Assembly: GCF_006345805.1 (NCBI RefSeq) | Contig: NC_043012.1 | Coordinates: 56,482,001-56,546,000, forward strand | DNA from: Octopus sinensis | Lineage: Eukaryota | Direction of reading: 5' to 3' | DNA length: 64,000 nt | Shown here: positions 62,741 to 64,000 of the stretch, piece by piece | How the letters are laid out: each line of letters begins with the position of its first letter | Numbering within the stretch: position 1 is the first letter of the stretch | The notes under the pieces: model-generated | The model's input: the letters and a program-made list of their open reading frames with translations, nothing else | The model's database searches: none | What the model was told of the DNA's origin: nothing | Translations under genes and position numbers: made by a program

Positions 62741-63564
62741 CTGGATTCAGAAAAGAAAGAGAATTATGAATAAATAAGTAAACAATAGTAACAATAAAAT
62801 AAGAAGAACAAGAAAAAGAAGAACCCTTTCTGTTATGGGTACAAGGTTGGAAATTTTGTTGGGGAAAGGGTTAGTTGATTACATCAACCTTGGTACTTGA
62901 ACTGGTACTTATTGGCCCTGAAAAGTGGAAAAGCAAAATTGGCCTCAGCAGAATAAAGTTGCATTTAGCAGAATTTGAACCAAGATTGTAATGCTGGAAG
63001 AAATGTCACTAAGATTTTATATGGCATGGGAAGGATTCTGACAGCTTGCCACTTTAACAAGAACAACAATAGCAGCAGTGGTAGCAGTGTCAGCCATTCA
63101 AGAATTTGGACCTGGAGATCTCCATTTCCAGCAACTTCAAGGGCCACCTCTCAGTGGTGTCGGGCATCAACGAAGAGCCCTCGACTACAACAAGACGACC
63201 AAAGTTTTTTTTTTCCAAGGTCTGGGGTCTCCCGGCCCTAAGCCCTAGACCATCACCTAATCACCCTTACCCATCTTGTTGCTTAACAACAACAACAACA
63301 ACGGCAGCAGCAGCATCAACAACAACAACACTCTCTACTGTAGGCACAAGGCCTGAAATTTTGTGGGAGGGGGCCAGTCGATTAGATTGACCCAGTATGT
63401 AACTGGTACTTAATTTATAAACCCCTGAAAGGATAAGAGGCAAAGTTGACCTCAGTGGAATTTGAACTCAGAATGCAGTGACAGGCGAAATACTGCTAAG
63501 CATTTCGCCTGGCATGCTAATTATTCTGCTAGCTAACAATTCTGCCAACAATAATAATAATAAT

Positions 63565-63860
63565 AATAATATGACAGAGAATAAGCATTTTGAGAGAAAA
63601 TTTGGATATAAGAGGCATTAGATGTGGTGTGCAAGAGAGATGACTGCACTGGTATGGTCATGTGAGGTGTATGGATGAGGACAGCTGTGTAAAGAAGTGC
63701 CAATCTATAACTGTAGAGGGAAACTACAGTAAAGGTAGACCCAGGAAGACATGAGAAGAGATGGTGAAGTATGATCTTCAAACTTTGGGCACTGTGGAGG
63801 TAATGACTAGTGACTGAGACCATTGGTGATATGCTGTACTTGAGAAGACCTGTCAAGCCA
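63565..63860 (+). mobile_element. RTE LINE 3' coding end
   Basis: LRE.LDIRGIRCGVQER*LHWYGHV...KGRPRKT*EEMVKYDL...EKT. Confidence 0.75.
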
Positions 63861-64000
63861 AGTAAAACTGTAGTCATGGCACCTGTGCTGGTAGCATGTA
63901 AAAGCACCCATTACATTCTCAGAATGGTTGGCATTAGGAAGGGCAGCCCATTCCAGCATGGACAATGAACATTACAGGAATAATAATAATAATAATAGTA

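Noticed and set aside
3941-63545. tRNA genes
   Set aside because: All tRNA-like A/B-box sequences are SINE heads followed by SINE bodies; none showed a full cloverleaf with acceptor stem.

Overview
AT-rich, microsatellite- and retroposon-dense animal genomic DNA. The repeat repertoire suggests a coleoid cephalopod, most likely Octopus (inference from recall, no database search). The window is mostly one minus-strand anoctamin (TMEM16) gene. I reconstructed 15 GT-AG coding exons by hand, from a likely ATG at 62730 to an exon ending at 238. All 14 junctions join in the correct phase, and the gene continues past the left edge. The TM4-TM5 residues resemble TMEM16F/scramblase-type anoctamins more than TMEM16A. 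The introns hold tRNA-derived SINEs, RTE, CR1, REL-endonuclease and Penelope-like LINE relics, a mariner relic and several MITEs. The most notable unexplained signal is a set of minimal type I hammerhead-ribozyme motifs (2257-2302 minus, 52831-52879 plus, 59454-59526 plus, degenerate copies at 54.5-54.6 kb and 59.35-59.4 kb). Most sit in long fold-backs near a Penelope-like RT relic. Also seen: candidate in-frame cassette exons and a microexon, a decayed duplicate of exon 4, a 20-bp minisatellite of acceptor-like units, an antisense TATA-Inr promoter-like cluster, and a duplication preserving reciprocal empty transposon sites. No real tRNA, rRNA or CRISPR features were found. Most ORFs in the supplied track are microsatellite or repeat artefacts. 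All coordinates and alignments were done by eye.
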